DNA from: Clostridiales bacterium
GTDB lineage: Bacteria > Bacillota > Clostridia > Christensenellales > CAG-314
Direction: 5' to 3'
Assembly (NCBI GenBank): GCA_022508305.1
Contig: JAFLVM010000003.1
Coordinates: 39,111 to 103,110, forward strand
Length of the DNA stretch: 64,000 bases
Each line of letters opens with the position of its first letter. Position 1 is the first letter of the stretch. Position numbers and translations under genes: made by a program. Shown one piece after another: positions 31,456 through 42,360 of this stretch. The notes under the pieces are model-generated. The model was not told the origin of the DNA. It saw nothing but the letters and a program-made list of their open reading frames with translations, and did no database searches.

Positions 31456-32891
31456 TGGCTCATAACAAAAAAATCACTAACATTAAGTGGCGACAAATAA
31501 TAGTAAGTTACATTGCTGTTTACATTTTGTTCGCCGCGCTGACAATTTTGCCCAATTTGGACAAGTTTAGTTGGGTAAACTTTGCGGTACAGCTTGCTTC
31601 GCTTGCAATACTGCTGTTTGCGTTGGCGCTATACATCTACTTTGCAGACGTTGCGGTAATGGAAAGCCCTCGCAAAACCTGGGCAATGTTTACCACTATG
31701 ATAGTGGCGTACGCATTGATACAGTTATCTTCGTACATCCCGTCATGGGGTTACGTTATCAACCTCGTGCCTTTCGCGCTGTGCGCTTTGATACTGTCGT
31801 TGATAGTTTCAAGCAAATGCGGCTTTTTCGCCAACTTCATCATCATAATGCTGTGCTTCATGCAGGATTTCAACTGGCAGACGAATTCGACGTCGGAAAC
31901 CTTCTTCTACCTGCTGTTCAGCGGCGTTATCGAGGCGGTTTTCGTTTCTTACGTATTGGGTAAGCATTACCGTCGTTTCCGCTATTTGCTGGTGGGCGTT
32001 GCGCTGGGTATCGTTTCGGTAATGTGCGCAACGATAAGCTATCTTATGTTCCAAGACATAGAAAATTGGAATTGGGTTGACTACGGACTCAAGGCGGTTT
32101 GCTCATTCGGTAGCGGAATTATCGGTGTAATGCTCATGTTTGTGTTTGTACCGCTGTTTGAAAGGATTTTCAACGTCTCATCCGTTTTCAGATTTTCGGA
32201 AATTGCAACATCAGACAGCAATTTGATGCGCAAGCTTTTCGAAAAGGCTCCAGGCACCTACAACCACTGTCTTACCGTTGCGACCTACGCTGAGGCATGC
32301 GCGGCAGCAATCGGTCAAAGCGCGGTTATGGCTCGCGCCGCAGCTTACTATCACGATATTGGCAAGATTAAGAACCCTTCATACTTTGTTGAAAATCAAT
32401 TTAACGGTGTGAACCCCCACGACAGTATGACGCCCGAGGCAAGCGTAAATATGATTAAATATCACACGCTGAACGGACTTCAGATTGCCAAGGAATACGG
32501 CCTTCCCAAAGAAGTGCAGATGGCAATAGTAGAGCATCACGGAACTATGCCTTTGAAGTACTTTTATTTGAAAGCGCAAAAGTACACCGACGGCGAGCTG
32601 TCCTACGACGGCTATTGCTACGACGGACCTAAACCGTCCAATAAGATTTCGGCAATACTCATGATTTGCGATGCGGCAGAAGCTGCTTTGCGGGCTAACG
32701 GTGACAAGAGCAACGCGGAAAAAATCGTCAACGAAATAGTCGCCGAGCGTTTGGCGTTCGAACAGTTCTCCGATTGCGACATTTCCTTGAAGGAATTGGA
32801 CATCATCAAGGGCACGATTGTCAACACTTTTTCAGGAATCAGACACAACCGTATTTCTTACCCCGACGTGCGTTTGCAGGGTGACAAATGA
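31455..32891 (+). CDS. Multi-TM HD-domain phosphohydrolase (PgpH/YqfF-like)
   Basis: APGTYNH, YYHDIGK, ENQ, EHHGT, DAAEAA; synteny with phoH/ybeY. Confidence 0.88.
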   Translation: MAHNKKITNIKWRQIIVSYIAVYILFAALTILPNLDKFSWVNFAVQLASLAILLFALALYIYFADVAVMESPRKTWAMFTTMIVAYALIQLSSYIPSWGYVINLVPFALCALILSLIVSSKCGFFANFIIIMLCFMQDFNWQTNSTSETFFYLLFSGVIEAVFVSYVLGKHYRRFRYLLVGVALGIVSVMCATISYLMFQDIENWNWVDYGLKAVCSFGSGIIGVMLMFVFVPLFERIFNVSSVFRFSEIATSDSNLMRKLFEKAPGTYNHCLTVATYAEACAAAIGQSAVMARAAAYYHDIGKIKNPSYFVENQFNGVNPHDSMTPEASVNMIKYHTLNGLQIAKEYGLPKEVQMAIVEHHGTMPLKYFYLKAQKYTDGELSYDGYCYDGPKPSNKISAILMICDAAEAALRANGDKSNAEKIVNEIVAERLAFEQFSDCDISLKELDIIKGTIVNTFSGIRHNRISYPDVRLQGDK

Positions 32892-33376
32892 CAATTTATT
32901 TTACCAACGTAGGAATACACAAATTTACAATAAAGCGCCTTTTAGAGGGTGCTTTGAAATATTTAAAGCAGCCAAACCGTGACGTTGAAATGTCGCTGTC
33001 AATCGTCAGCCCCGAGGATATTCAACGCTTAAACAAGCAGTTTCGAGGGGTGGACGCAGTGACGGACGTGCTGTCCTTTCCGACTGTTGACAACCCAACT
33101 CGCGGTGTGTTGGATGTTAAATCTTGTCCTGCCGACGCGGTGAACGAAAGAACGGGCAAGCTGAATATCGGCGACGTTATTATTTGTTTGGAACGCGCCA
33201 AGGAACAGGCGAATGATTTTGGACACAGCCTCAAGCGCGAGCTGTGCTTCCTGTCGTTGCACGGTATGCTACACCTGCTTGGTTACGATCATGTCGAACA
33301 AGAGGACGAACAGCAAATGATGGCGCTGCAAGAAGAAATACTAAACAAGATGCGCATTACAAGGGACGCAAGATGA
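32888..33376 (+). CDS. ybeY: rRNA maturation RNase YbeY
   Basis: TDVLSFP and HGMLHLLGYDH. Confidence 0.95.
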   Translation: MTIYFTNVGIHKFTIKRLLEGALKYLKQPNRDVEMSLSIVSPEDIQRLNKQFRGVDAVTDVLSFPTVDNPTRGVLDVKSCPADAVNERTGKLNIGDVIICLERAKEQANDFGHSLKRELCFLSLHGMLHLLGYDHVEQEDEQQMMALQEEILNKMRITRDAR

Positions 33377-34263
33377 GAAAAACAGGTTTTATTGCAATAG
33401 TAGGGCAGCCCAATGCGGGCAAGTCTACGCTGCTCAATGCGCTAATCAAGCAAAAGGTGTCCATCGTATCCCCCAAGCCTCAAACTACGCGCGACAGCAT
33501 CATGGGCGTTTGGACGGACGACGACAGTCAAATGGTGTTTGTAGATACACCGGGATTTTTGCAAAGTAAAAACGCATTGAACGACTACATGCTGAAAAGT
33601 ATTGACAATGCCGTTCAGGACGTTGATTGCATTCTGATAGTTATCGACGGTCACGACGGCATTAGTGAGCGTGAACTTGCGCAAATTACAAAATACCGCA
33701 AGCATAACGTCGCAATAGTTGTTGCCGTAACTAAAATTGACATTACACAGCCGGAAAAGCTCATGCCCGAACTTGCAAAACTCAACGGCGTTGAAGGTAT
33801 ATCTGAAGTTTACTGCGTGTCCGCCAAGCGTAACAGAGGTGTGGAAGATCTCAAAAAGGCGCTCAAAAAGTACCTTACGGGAAGCGAACTGTATTTTGAA
33901 GAGGACGACGTTACCGACAAGAGCGAGCGTTTCATCGTATGCGAGCTGATTCGCGAAAAGGTGCTAATTGCCTGCGAAGACGAGATTCCCCACGGAATAG
34001 GCGTTGCAATCAACAAAATGCAATTTGAAAACGGCGCTTGGGATATTGACGCAACGGTAATAGTGGAAAAGGCGTCACACAAGCCAATAGTTCTCGGTAA
34101 ACACGGCGCAATGATAAAGGGCATCGGAACTCACGCGCGCGAAAGTATCGAAAAACTACTGGATGCAAAGGTGTTTCTCACGTTGTGGGTCAAGGTAAAA
34201 GAGGACTGGCGCAACAATCCCTCAATGCTCAACGAATTGGGCTATTCCAATCGTCGCAAATAA
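33373..34263 (+). CDS. era: GTPase Era
   Basis: Start reassigned to ATG 33373; GQPNAGKS, PQTTR, DTPG, KH domain, LWVKV. Confidence 0.95.
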   Translation: MRKTGFIAIVGQPNAGKSTLLNALIKQKVSIVSPKPQTTRDSIMGVWTDDDSQMVFVDTPGFLQSKNALNDYMLKSIDNAVQDVDCILIVIDGHDGISERELAQITKYRKHNVAIVVAVTKIDITQPEKLMPELAKLNGVEGISEVYCVSAKRNRGVEDLKKALKKYLTGSELYFEEDDVTDKSERFIVCELIREKVLIACEDEIPHGIGVAINKMQFENGAWDIDATVIVEKASHKPIVLGKHGAMIKGIGTHARESIEKLLDAKVFLTLWVKVKEDWRNNPSMLNELGYSNRRK

Positions 34264-34347
34264 GACGCGGCAAATAATTTTTCAGTATATAAAGGGTCTT
34301 TTTTACGCAAACTTGACGTAGGAAACTTGTCATTGGAGGGTTTGCAG

Positions 34348-34482
34348 ATGAAAGACACCGTTTGGAAATTATTTAGGGAGACCGGTAATCCCGTTTACTA
34401 TTTGTTGTACAAGGAACTCACCGAAGATGGACGTAACGACAAACGCAATCGCTCTGAAGGCGACGGACTACAAGGAAAGTGA
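34348..34482 (+). CDS. yqzL: YqzL-family small protein (absent from ORF track)
   Basis: RBS GGAGG; MKDTVWKLFRETGNPVYYLLYKEL...; lies between era and recO and overlaps the recO start. Confidence 0.8.
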   Translation: MKDTVWKLFRETGNPVYYLLYKELTEDGRNDKRNRSEGDGLQGK

Positions 34483-35152
34483 CAAACTCATTTTGCTGTA
34501 CTCACTTGAGTACGGCAAAATTTCCGTTCACGCCAAGGGCATAAAAAAGGGTAGCGCCAAGTTGAAATTTGCCGCCGACCAATTTTGTTTCGGACAGTAC
34601 GAGCTTGTAAAAACCGACGACCGTTTCACGCTCAAAACCTGCGACCAGTTGGAAAGCTTTTACAGTCTGCGCGAGGACGTATTGACCTACTACGCAGCGT
34701 GTACCGTTGCCGAGTGTCTCATGAATTACACGGAAGAAGGGCAGTCGGAACCGCAAGTGTTCGTGGAAACGTTGAAGGCGTTGCAGGCGCTGACAAACGG
34801 CGTAGAACCTTTGCTCGTTGCTCTCAGATATATTCTTGCGTTTTTGGAAATGCAAGGTTTCAAACTGGAATTCGACCGTTGTAGCGTATGCGGTGAGAAA
34901 AAAAGAAAATTGTTTTTGGACTTGCAGCGTGGCAGTCTTGTGTGCGACACCTGCCACAGCCCCGACAGTTCGCTCGTTAGTCCTCGAGTAGTAGCTGCGT
35001 GCAGTATGTTGGACGGACTGTCCTACGACAAGCTGAGTAACCTCAACTTCTCGTTGGACATTTTGAAGGACGCATTGCAGGTGTGCGGTAAGTACGTTTC
35101 TTACAGCTTTTTCCCGCTAAAAAGCCTCAACGAACTGCTTAATCTTGCTTAA
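34427..35152 (+). CDS. recO: DNA repair protein RecO
   Basis: YKESDKL...GKIS...AKG OB-fold; CxxC...CxxC zinc finger; synteny. Confidence 0.9.
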   Translation: MDVTTNAIALKATDYKESDKLILLYSLEYGKISVHAKGIKKGSAKLKFAADQFCFGQYELVKTDDRFTLKTCDQLESFYSLREDVLTYYAACTVAECLMNYTEEGQSEPQVFVETLKALQALTNGVEPLLVALRYILAFLEMQGFKLEFDRCSVCGEKKRKLFLDLQRGSLVCDTCHSPDSSLVSPRVVAACSMLDGLSYDKLSNLNFSLDILKDALQVCGKYVSYSFFPLKSLNELLNLA

Positions 35153-35267
35153 TTGAAAATTTTGAGGTGAAATCAATCACCTCTTTTTTGTTGCTTTATT
35201 TTTCGTTTGACTGTAATCGCTTTCAATGATATACTTTAATATTAATTAAGTGTAAAATGAGGCACAA

Positions 35268-37040
35268 ATGATTTTCGGCAAATACATAAACAAATATTAT
35301 TTGAGATACGCGCTGCTGATAATTCTCGGTCTTGCCGCGCTCGTTGCCGTAGATTACGCCCAACTCATGATTCCGGAAATGTACCGCATAGTTATTGACG
35401 GAGTGGACAAAGGCTCCGTCGTTATCAACGGTGTGTCGCAGGTGTTCGACTTGGATTTGCTGTGGAAAGAGGTTTGTATACCTATGTTCATCATCATCGT
35501 AGCGATGGTGTTCGGCAGATTCCTGTGGCGTATATGTCTGTTCGGCTCGGGTATTCGCGTAGAGCGTGATTTACGTAAAAAAATGTTTGCGCATTGCGAG
35601 GAGTTGTCTTGCGACTTTTACTCGCGGGAAAAAATCGGCAACCTCATGTCGCTGTTTACCAACGACCTTGAAACGGTACAGGACTGTTTCGGTAGCGGTA
35701 TTTTGATGACCTTCGACGCGCTGTTTCAGGGCGGACTGGCTCTGTACAAAATGTTCTCTATGAACTGGATGATGACGCTGTTTTCCCTCATTCCAATGGC
35801 GTTTATGGTTGCAATAAGCCTGCTTGTCGGCAAGTACATGACAATGAAATGGAACGTACGTCAACAAGCGTTTTCCGACTTGTCTGACTTTTCACAGGAA
35901 AGCTTTTCGGGTATTGCCGTAATAAAAGCCTTTGTCAAGGAATTTAAGGAACTGCTTGCATTCCGTTGGCTCAACAAAAAGAACGAGGACGCAAACGTTG
36001 CCTACACGCGTATCAGCACGTTACTTAACATTTTCGTAACGCTGTTCGTCGAGTCGGTTATTTGTATAGTGCTTGGGTACGGCTCCTATCTTGTGTACAA
36101 CGGCGTATTCACCGCAGGACAGTTGATGGAATTTATCGGCTACTTCAACTCGGTCATTTGGCCTGTAATGGCAATTACCGAGCTTATTGAAATGTCGTCA
36201 AGAGGTAAGGCGTCGTTAAAGCGTGTTTCCGACTTGTTGGACACCAAGGTGACCGTGACAGACCGTGACTACGCTGTCGCCGTTGACCACGTGGACGGCG
36301 CTATCGAGTTCAAAAATCTCACTTTCCGCTACCCCGGCGCAGACTACAACTCGCTTGAGAATGTGTCGTTTGTTATCAACCGCGGCGAAAACGTGGGAAT
36401 AGTGGGCAAAACTGGCTCGGGCAAGACGACCGTAGCCGACTTGATACTTCGTTGCTACAACGTTGACGAGGAAACCGTATTTATCGACGGCGCGGACGTA
36501 AACGGCATTACAATCAAGAGCTTGCGCGACAACTGCGCGTACGTTCCACAGGATAATTTCCTGTTTTCCGATACCATTGCAAATAACATTGCTTTTGCAA
36601 GTGACACGGGCAGCATTGATGAAGTGATTAATGCGGCAAAGCTATCAGATATTGACGACAATATCAGTAAGTTTAGCCACGGCTACGAAACGGTACTGGG
36701 CGAGCGTGGCGTAACGGTATCGGGCGGACAAAAGCAGCGTATTTCGATAGCCCGCGCTTTGATGAAAAACGCGTCTATTTTGATACTGGACGATTCCGTT
36801 TCCGCCGTTGACACCGACACCGAGAAGACCATATTGCGTAACCTTCGCGACACTCGCGAGGGCAAGACGACGATACTCATCGCGCACCGTATTTCCACCG
36901 TGCAAAGCCTTGACAAAATCATTTTGCTTGACAACGGCAAAGTGGTGGACGTCGGCTCACACGACGAGTTGATGGCGCGCTGCGCTGACTACCAAAATAT
37001 GGTAGCTCTTCAGGCGCTGGAAGACGAGGAGGGCAAGTAG
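35268..37040 (+). CDS. Multidrug-type ABC exporter, fused TMD-NBD subunit 1
   Basis: TM domain plus GKTGSGKT, SGGQKQR, degenerate Walker B LDDS. Confidence 0.9.
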   Translation: MIFGKYINKYYLRYALLIILGLAALVAVDYAQLMIPEMYRIVIDGVDKGSVVINGVSQVFDLDLLWKEVCIPMFIIIVAMVFGRFLWRICLFGSGIRVERDLRKKMFAHCEELSCDFYSREKIGNLMSLFTNDLETVQDCFGSGILMTFDALFQGGLALYKMFSMNWMMTLFSLIPMAFMVAISLLVGKYMTMKWNVRQQAFSDLSDFSQESFSGIAVIKAFVKEFKELLAFRWLNKKNEDANVAYTRISTLLNIFVTLFVESVICIVLGYGSYLVYNGVFTAGQLMEFIGYFNSVIWPVMAITELIEMSSRGKASLKRVSDLLDTKVTVTDRDYAVAVDHVDGAIEFKNLTFRYPGADYNSLENVSFVINRGENVGIVGKTGSGKTTVADLILRCYNVDEETVFIDGADVNGITIKSLRDNCAYVPQDNFLFSDTIANNIAFASDTGSIDEVINAAKLSDIDDNISKFSHGYETVLGERGVTVSGGQKQRISIARALMKNASILILDDSVSAVDTDTEKTILRNLRDTREGKTTILIAHRISTVQSLDKIILLDNGKVVDVGSHDELMARCADYQNMVALQALEDEEGK

Positions 37041-37041
37041 T

Positions 37042-38943
37042 ATGAAAGAATATTTACCGCTCCTTATCGTTGGCGCAATAATAGGCGCATTTAGCGGCGC
37101 GTTGATACTTGCCTACGCTCTTGTCAAGGACAAGAAAGAGGCGATGGGATTTGACCGCAACATGAAGGACGGCGAATTGATGCGTCGTCTGCTCAGATAC
37201 GCGCGTCCCTACTGGTTTAACTTCGTAATCGTTGGCTTGGTAATGCTGTTGTCTATATCTTACAGCATTGTTTCACCTATCATCATTTCCAACATTACAA
37301 GCATAATTCAAACGGAAGGCGGATTTGAATTCAACGACGTTATCTGGCGTGTTATTTTGTACGCAGGAATACTCGTTCTTTCGCTTGTAGGAACGTACGT
37401 GCAATCAATCGTGTTGCAAAAGACGGGTCAAAAGATAATTTCCAAACTGCGCGAGGACGCATTTACCCACATTGAAAGCCTGTCGCACGCGCAACTGTCA
37501 CAAATTCCCGTAGGCAAACTGGTTACCCGCGTAACAAACGACACTAACGCAATTTCCATGATGTTTACGGGTATGCTCGTCAACCTCATCAAAAATATGT
37601 TCGTAATATTGGGCGTACTCGTAGCAATGCTGTGTATGAACTTCATTCTGACGCTCATGGTGCTGTGTTTCGTGCCATTTATCGTGCTGTTTACGGTAAT
37701 TTTCCGCAAATTCTCGCGTAAGGCGTACCGTCAGGTCAAAAACGGCACTACGGACATCAACACTTATTTGTCCGAACACCTTTCCGGTATGAAAATTATT
37801 CAGATTTTCAACCGCGAGGGTCGCAAAATGGAGGAGTTCGACGCCAAAAACGAAAAACTCTACAAGGCGGAGCGCGGACAAATTTTCGTGTTCGGTATTT
37901 TCCGTCCGATAGTGTACATGCTGTACATTTCATCGGTATTGTGCTTGTTCTTCCTTGGAGCAAAGGGCGCGCTTGACTACGCTCTTGACGGCACCAAGTA
38001 TTTGGGGCAAATAATCGACGGCGCAACTATCGTTGCATTCTATATGTTTATATCGAGGTTTTTTAACCCCATTCAAAGCTTGGCGGAGCAGTTCCACCGT
38101 CTGCAATCGGCGTTTGCTTCGGCGGAAAAGATATTTACTATCATGGACATCAAGCCTGCCGTGGTGGATGAAGAGGATGCAATTGAACTGGAAACTGTAC
38201 GCGGCGAAATAGAGTTCAAAAACGTGTGGTTTGCCTACAACGAGGGCGAGTGGATTTTGAAGGACGTCAGCTTCCACGTAAACGCTAACGACACCGTGGC
38301 ATTCGTGGGCGCAACGGGTAGCGGCAAAACCACGATACTGTCGCTTTTGTGTCGCAACTACGACATTCAGCAGGGCGAGATACTGCTTGACGGCGTGAAC
38401 ATTCGCCACATCAAGATAGCATCACTTAGAAAACACTTTGGACAAATGCTACAAGACGTGTTCCTGTTTGCTGGCACAATCCGTAGTAATATCGTGCTGC
38501 GTGACGAGTTCGACGACGAGCAGGTACTCGAGGCGTGCAAATACGTCAACGCTGACAAGTTCATTGACAGACTTCCGAACGGTCTTGACGAAGAGGTACG
38601 CGAACGCGGCAACAACTTCTCGGCAGGACAACGGCAACTGCTGTCATTTGCCCGTACGATTATTCACAAGCCCGAAGTCATGATACTGGACGAAGCAACG
38701 GCGAATATTGACACGGAAACGGAAGTACTTATTCAAGACAGTCTCACTAAGATGATGAACATTGGCACAATGCTGATAGTCGCTCACCGTCTGTCCACAG
38801 TGCAGCACGCAGATAACATAATAGTTGTGTCCGACGGCAGAATAGTAGAGCAAGGCAATCACCACGAGCTACTAAAGCAGCGCGGACGCTACTACGAATT
38901 GTACACGTTGCAGTACAACAAAGAGCAGCTCCAAAATAAATGA
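37042..38943 (+). CDS. Multidrug-type ABC exporter, fused TMD-NBD subunit 2
   Basis: GATGSGKT, SAGQRQL, LDEAT; heterodimer pair arrangement. Confidence 0.9.
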   Translation: MKEYLPLLIVGAIIGAFSGALILAYALVKDKKEAMGFDRNMKDGELMRRLLRYARPYWFNFVIVGLVMLLSISYSIVSPIIISNITSIIQTEGGFEFNDVIWRVILYAGILVLSLVGTYVQSIVLQKTGQKIISKLREDAFTHIESLSHAQLSQIPVGKLVTRVTNDTNAISMMFTGMLVNLIKNMFVILGVLVAMLCMNFILTLMVLCFVPFIVLFTVIFRKFSRKAYRQVKNGTTDINTYLSEHLSGMKIIQIFNREGRKMEEFDAKNEKLYKAERGQIFVFGIFRPIVYMLYISSVLCLFFLGAKGALDYALDGTKYLGQIIDGATIVAFYMFISRFFNPIQSLAEQFHRLQSAFASAEKIFTIMDIKPAVVDEEDAIELETVRGEIEFKNVWFAYNEGEWILKDVSFHVNANDTVAFVGATGSGKTTILSLLCRNYDIQQGEILLDGVNIRHIKIASLRKHFGQMLQDVFLFAGTIRSNIVLRDEFDDEQVLEACKYVNADKFIDRLPNGLDEEVRERGNNFSAGQRQLLSFARTIIHKPEVMILDEATANIDTETEVLIQDSLTKMMNIGTMLIVAHRLSTVQHADNIIVVSDGRIVEQGNHHELLKQRGRYYELYTLQYNKEQLQNK

Positions 38944-38970
38944 TTATACGAAATAACTTAGAGGTTTAGA

Positions 38971-39702
38971 ATGATAGCAAGAATAAAAACTGACAATGGC
39001 TTTTATAATTCAATCGTTTTTGCAATTTTTGAAAATGGTTGGAAATCTGAAGCGATAATTTTCAATAAAGATAATACTGCCTTACAAACAGTTCGTATGT
39101 ATACTACGACAAAAAGAAGTATTGAAAGAAATGTTTTTATCTACAACGCGGAAAAAAATAAAGATTGGGTTGAGAAAGATAAAGTCGAAGGCTACGACTG
39201 GGTGCTTGAAAACGTAACGAAATCATTATTAAAAACCCAAATTGACGAGTGTATCTTGAGTAAATGCAAAGAGATGCAGTCGAACATTAAAGATTGTGAT
39301 TGGTTTGACATAAAAAATGAATCTGATATTGATGGTTTAATGTATGCTGCATTTGATTTTCATGATTCGTATGTAAAAGATATTTATTCAGAAATTGGCA
39401 AACAATATATTCTTTTTGACACAACTTGGGGTTGCGAGATATTGTTTGAGCTGGAAGGCAAATGTGAAACCAATTTATATCAAGGTCATGGAAATACTGT
39501 CATAGGTGATTATTTGCCATTAATAAATGATGCTGCAATGTTTTTCCATGGGAATTTGATATATTGGATTGAAAATTGGTGTGAAGATGATAGCGAAGAT
39601 ACAGCAGAAGATAACACTGATGAAAGTATTTTGGATCTTGACAAGGCAGAATTTCATTACTTTTGCGCAAATAAAGTAAAGTGGAAACTTATAATTAGAT
39701 AA
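38971..39702 (+). CDS. Hypothetical acidic protein (AT-rich single-gene islet)
   Basis: 243-aa ORF with RBS GAGG; FHDS motif; followed by terminator 39749-39780. Confidence 0.7.
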   Translation: MIARIKTDNGFYNSIVFAIFENGWKSEAIIFNKDNTALQTVRMYTTTKRSIERNVFIYNAEKNKDWVEKDKVEGYDWVLENVTKSLLKTQIDECILSKCKEMQSNIKDCDWFDIKNESDIDGLMYAAFDFHDSYVKDIYSEIGKQYILFDTTWGCEILFELEGKCETNLYQGHGNTVIGDYLPLINDAAMFFHGNLIYWIENWCEDDSEDTAEDNTDESILDLDKAEFHYFCANKVKWKLIIR

Positions 39703-39803
39703 TATAAGTAGAATAAATTCTAATCCGCATATCAATGACAAAATGATTAAGCCCAACTGCTAAGGCAGTCGGGCTTTTTTGTATTCGATTGTGTGTGTGA
39801 ATG

Positions 39804-41678
39804 TTATTTTTTTCCACGAGCGACTATCATTGCTCGCATTGAATTGAGTATTGCGACGACACACACGCCTACGTCGGCAAGGATTGCTATTATCAGTCCG
39901 AAGGAAATCATATCGAGTACGCCTATTGCTGAAATTACGAGTACTGCAAGTTTGATTGCAAGCGACAGTACGATATTTTCACGGACGATATTGAGCGTTT
40001 TCTTTGCTACGCGTTTGGCGGTGGAAATGGCGGTGGGGTTGTCTTGCATGAGGACTATATCTGCCGTTTCTATCGCTACGTCGCTGCCTGCTGCGCCCAT
40101 TGCAATACCAACGTCAGCCGTTGCAAGTACAGGCGCGTCGTTTATGCCGTCACCGACAAATGCTACGGTTGCGCCTTTGTTTTGTTTCAGTTCATTGAGC
40201 TTTTCCACCTTGTCTTGCGGTAGCAAATCGGAGTAGTAAGTGTCAATCCCGAGATTGCCTGCAACTTTTTCGGCAGTTGCTTGATTGTCACCTGTGAGCA
40301 TTACCGTTTTGCAACCGCTTTGACGGAGTTGTTGAACCGCAAGCGCGCTGTCTTCCTTTATTTCGTCGGCAATTACGACGTAACCTACGAATTTACTGTT
40401 TTCCGCAACGTAAACGACCGTTCCGCTGTCCACGGTGGGGCAATCAATGCCGTTGTCATGCATCAATTGCGCGTTTCCGCACAAAATTGTTGATTTTTCC
40501 GTCTCGGCAAGCAGTCCTTTGCCTGCAATTTCCGTAACTTTTGCCTCAACTGTAGCTTTTGCCACTTTAGATATTGAGGTTGCAATGGGGTGGTTGCTGT
40601 ACTGCTCGGCTATTGCTGCAAGCTGTAACACTTGTTCGCGCTTTTCTTGGGGATAGACGTCCGTTACGGCAAAATTACCTTTTGTGAGCGTTCCCGTCTT
40701 GTCAAAAGCTATTGTATTGACCTTAGCAAGCAATTCAAGATAGTTACTACCTTTTACAAGAATACCGCGTTTGCTTGCTGCGGCAATTCCGCCGAAAAAT
40801 CCAAGCGGTACGGAAATTACCAAGGCGCAGGGGCAGGACACGAACAGGAACATCATTGCGCGTTTGAGCCACGTGCTCCAAACTTCCCAATTTGCGTACT
40901 GTCCTGTAACAAGCGGTGGCAACACTCCGAGAAGCACTGCCAAGCCTACAACTACGGGCGTGTAGTATTTGCTGAACTTGGTAATAAAATTTTCCGCCGG
41001 GGCCTTTTGTGAAGTGGCGTTTTCCACAAGGTCGAGAATTTTCGCCACCGTACTGTCGTCGTAGGTGCCGATTGTGGTTACGTACAGCACGCCGTCAAGG
41101 TTGATACAGCCTGATATTACCGTTTCGCCTGCGATTACGTGACGGGGCAGGCTTTCGCCTGTGATAGCAGAAGTGTCAACGTTACATTCGCCTTTCAATA
41201 TCACGCCGTCAAGAGGAATTTTGTCACCCGCCTTGATTACGATAGTTTCGCCCACTTCGATTTCCGACGGGTGGACTGTGATTTCCTCACCGTTACGCAG
41301 TACCGTTGCCTCCTCGGGGCGAATGTCCATTAGCGCGGCAATGTTTTTGCGACTTTTGCCCACAGCGTAGCGTTGGAACAGTTCGCCGATTTGGTACAGT
41401 ATCATGACGGCGGCAGCGTCAGCGTATTCGCCTATTGCAAACGCGCCAACGGTTGCGATAGTCATCAAAAAGTTCTCGTCAAATATCTTTCCGTGAAAAA
41501 TATTGGTAACGGCTTTCCACAGTACGTCGTAGCCTGCTATAAGATACGCTGCGGCAAACAGTCCAAGTTCAATCCATTGCCAATACGGTATATCGGTGGT
41601 GTATTTTAGTATCAGTGTGACGACGGTGACAACAATCGCAACACTTATTCTTATTAGAGATTTTTTATTCTTTGACAT
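39804..41678 (-). CDS. cadA: Cd/Zn-translocating P1B-type ATPase
   Basis: FDENFLM, TGES, SCPCAL, DKTGT, SNHP, GDGIND, LADVG. Confidence 0.92.
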   Translation of the reverse strand: MSKNKKSLIRISVAIVVTVVTLILKYTTDIPYWQWIELGLFAAAYLIAGYDVLWKAVTNIFHGKIFDENFLMTIATVGAFAIGEYADAAAVMILYQIGELFQRYAVGKSRKNIAALMDIRPEEATVLRNGEEITVHPSEIEVGETIVIKAGDKIPLDGVILKGECNVDTSAITGESLPRHVIAGETVISGCINLDGVLYVTTIGTYDDSTVAKILDLVENATSQKAPAENFITKFSKYYTPVVVGLAVLLGVLPPLVTGQYANWEVWSTWLKRAMMFLFVSCPCALVISVPLGFFGGIAAASKRGILVKGSNYLELLAKVNTIAFDKTGTLTKGNFAVTDVYPQEKREQVLQLAAIAEQYSNHPIATSISKVAKATVEAKVTEIAGKGLLAETEKSTILCGNAQLMHDNGIDCPTVDSGTVVYVAENSKFVGYVVIADEIKEDSALAVQQLRQSGCKTVMLTGDNQATAEKVAGNLGIDTYYSDLLPQDKVEKLNELKQNKGATVAFVGDGINDAPVLATADVGIAMGAAGSDVAIETADIVLMQDNPTAISTAKRVAKKTLNIVRENIVLSLAIKLAVLVISAIGVLDMISFGLIIAILADVGVCVVAILNSMRAMIVARGKK

Positions 41679-41715
41679 AGTTAATTGTTAAGCAGAATTG
41701 TTTTCGCAAATTTCA

Positions 41716-41934
41716 CTAAATTTTCAGTCTGCAATCGGGTTCAATCTTTTTAATCGTAGCCTTTATTTGCTTGATTATTTCTTCGCTATTGTTTTCGTCA
41801 AATTCAAGCGTCATTCGTTGCAGCATAAAGTTAATGGTGCAGCTTTGTACGCCGTCAATTTTTCTTATTGCCTGTTCCATTTTTGCCGCGCAGTTTGCGC
41901 AGTCGAGGTCTTGCATTGCTATTACTTTTTTCAT
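41716..41934 (-). CDS. Stand-alone HMA metal-binding protein
   Basis: LDCANCAAKME; KKIEPD. Confidence 0.88.
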   Translation of the reverse strand: MKKVIAMQDLDCANCAAKMEQAIRKIDGVQSCTINFMLQRMTLEFDENNSEEIIKQIKATIKKIEPDCRLKI

Positions 41935-41939
41935 CTGAA

Positions 41940-42296
41940 TTACTCCTGTATGTGTTCTAATGCTAAGTTAATTATGCTGAGTACGTGTCCGTCGTCAAGG
42001 CTGTAGAAAATTTCCTTGCCGCTGCGTCTGCTCTTGACAAGCTTTGCCTGTCGCAATATGCGTAATTGGTGCGATACCGCCGATTTGGTCATGTTGAGTA
42101 CCGAGCCAATATCACAAACGCACATTTCCGCCTGCGCAAGCGCCGACAGTATGCGTATGCGCGTGGAGTCGCCAAAAATTTTGAACAACTCGGCAACATC
42201 GTACAACGTGTCCTCGTTTGGCATGTCTACAGTCACCTGCTCGCACACCTCGTCGTGAACGTGGTTATTTTCACAAATTAAATCTTTGTCTTGCAT
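41940..42296 (-). CDS. ArsR/SmtB family metalloregulator (CadC/SmtB-like)
   Basis: FKIFGDSTRIRIL, EMCVCDI, SAVSHQLR, DDGHV...EH. Confidence 0.92.
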   Translation of the reverse strand: MQDKDLICENNHVHDEVCEQVTVDMPNEDTLYDVAELFKIFGDSTRIRILSALAQAEMCVCDIGSVLNMTKSAVSHQLRILRQAKLVKSRRSGKEIFYSLDDGHVLSIINLALEHIQE

Positions 42297-42334
42297 AAGG
42301 TTTTTGCTCCTTTAGTAACGTCGTGTTTCTTGCA

Positions 42335-42360
42335 AACAGTTGAATAATTGTTCAACTGTT
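42335..42360. promoter_or_regulatory. ArsR/SmtB-type operator
   Basis: AACAGTTGAA-TAATTG-TTCAACTGTT inverted repeat upstream of the regulator. Confidence 0.75.

Noticed and set aside
33244-33372. N-terminal extensions in the ORF track (era, msmX, XRE genes, 59572, 60863)
   Set aside because: Downstream ATGs match the family N-termini, most with good RBSs; the extensions overlap other genes or RNA structures.
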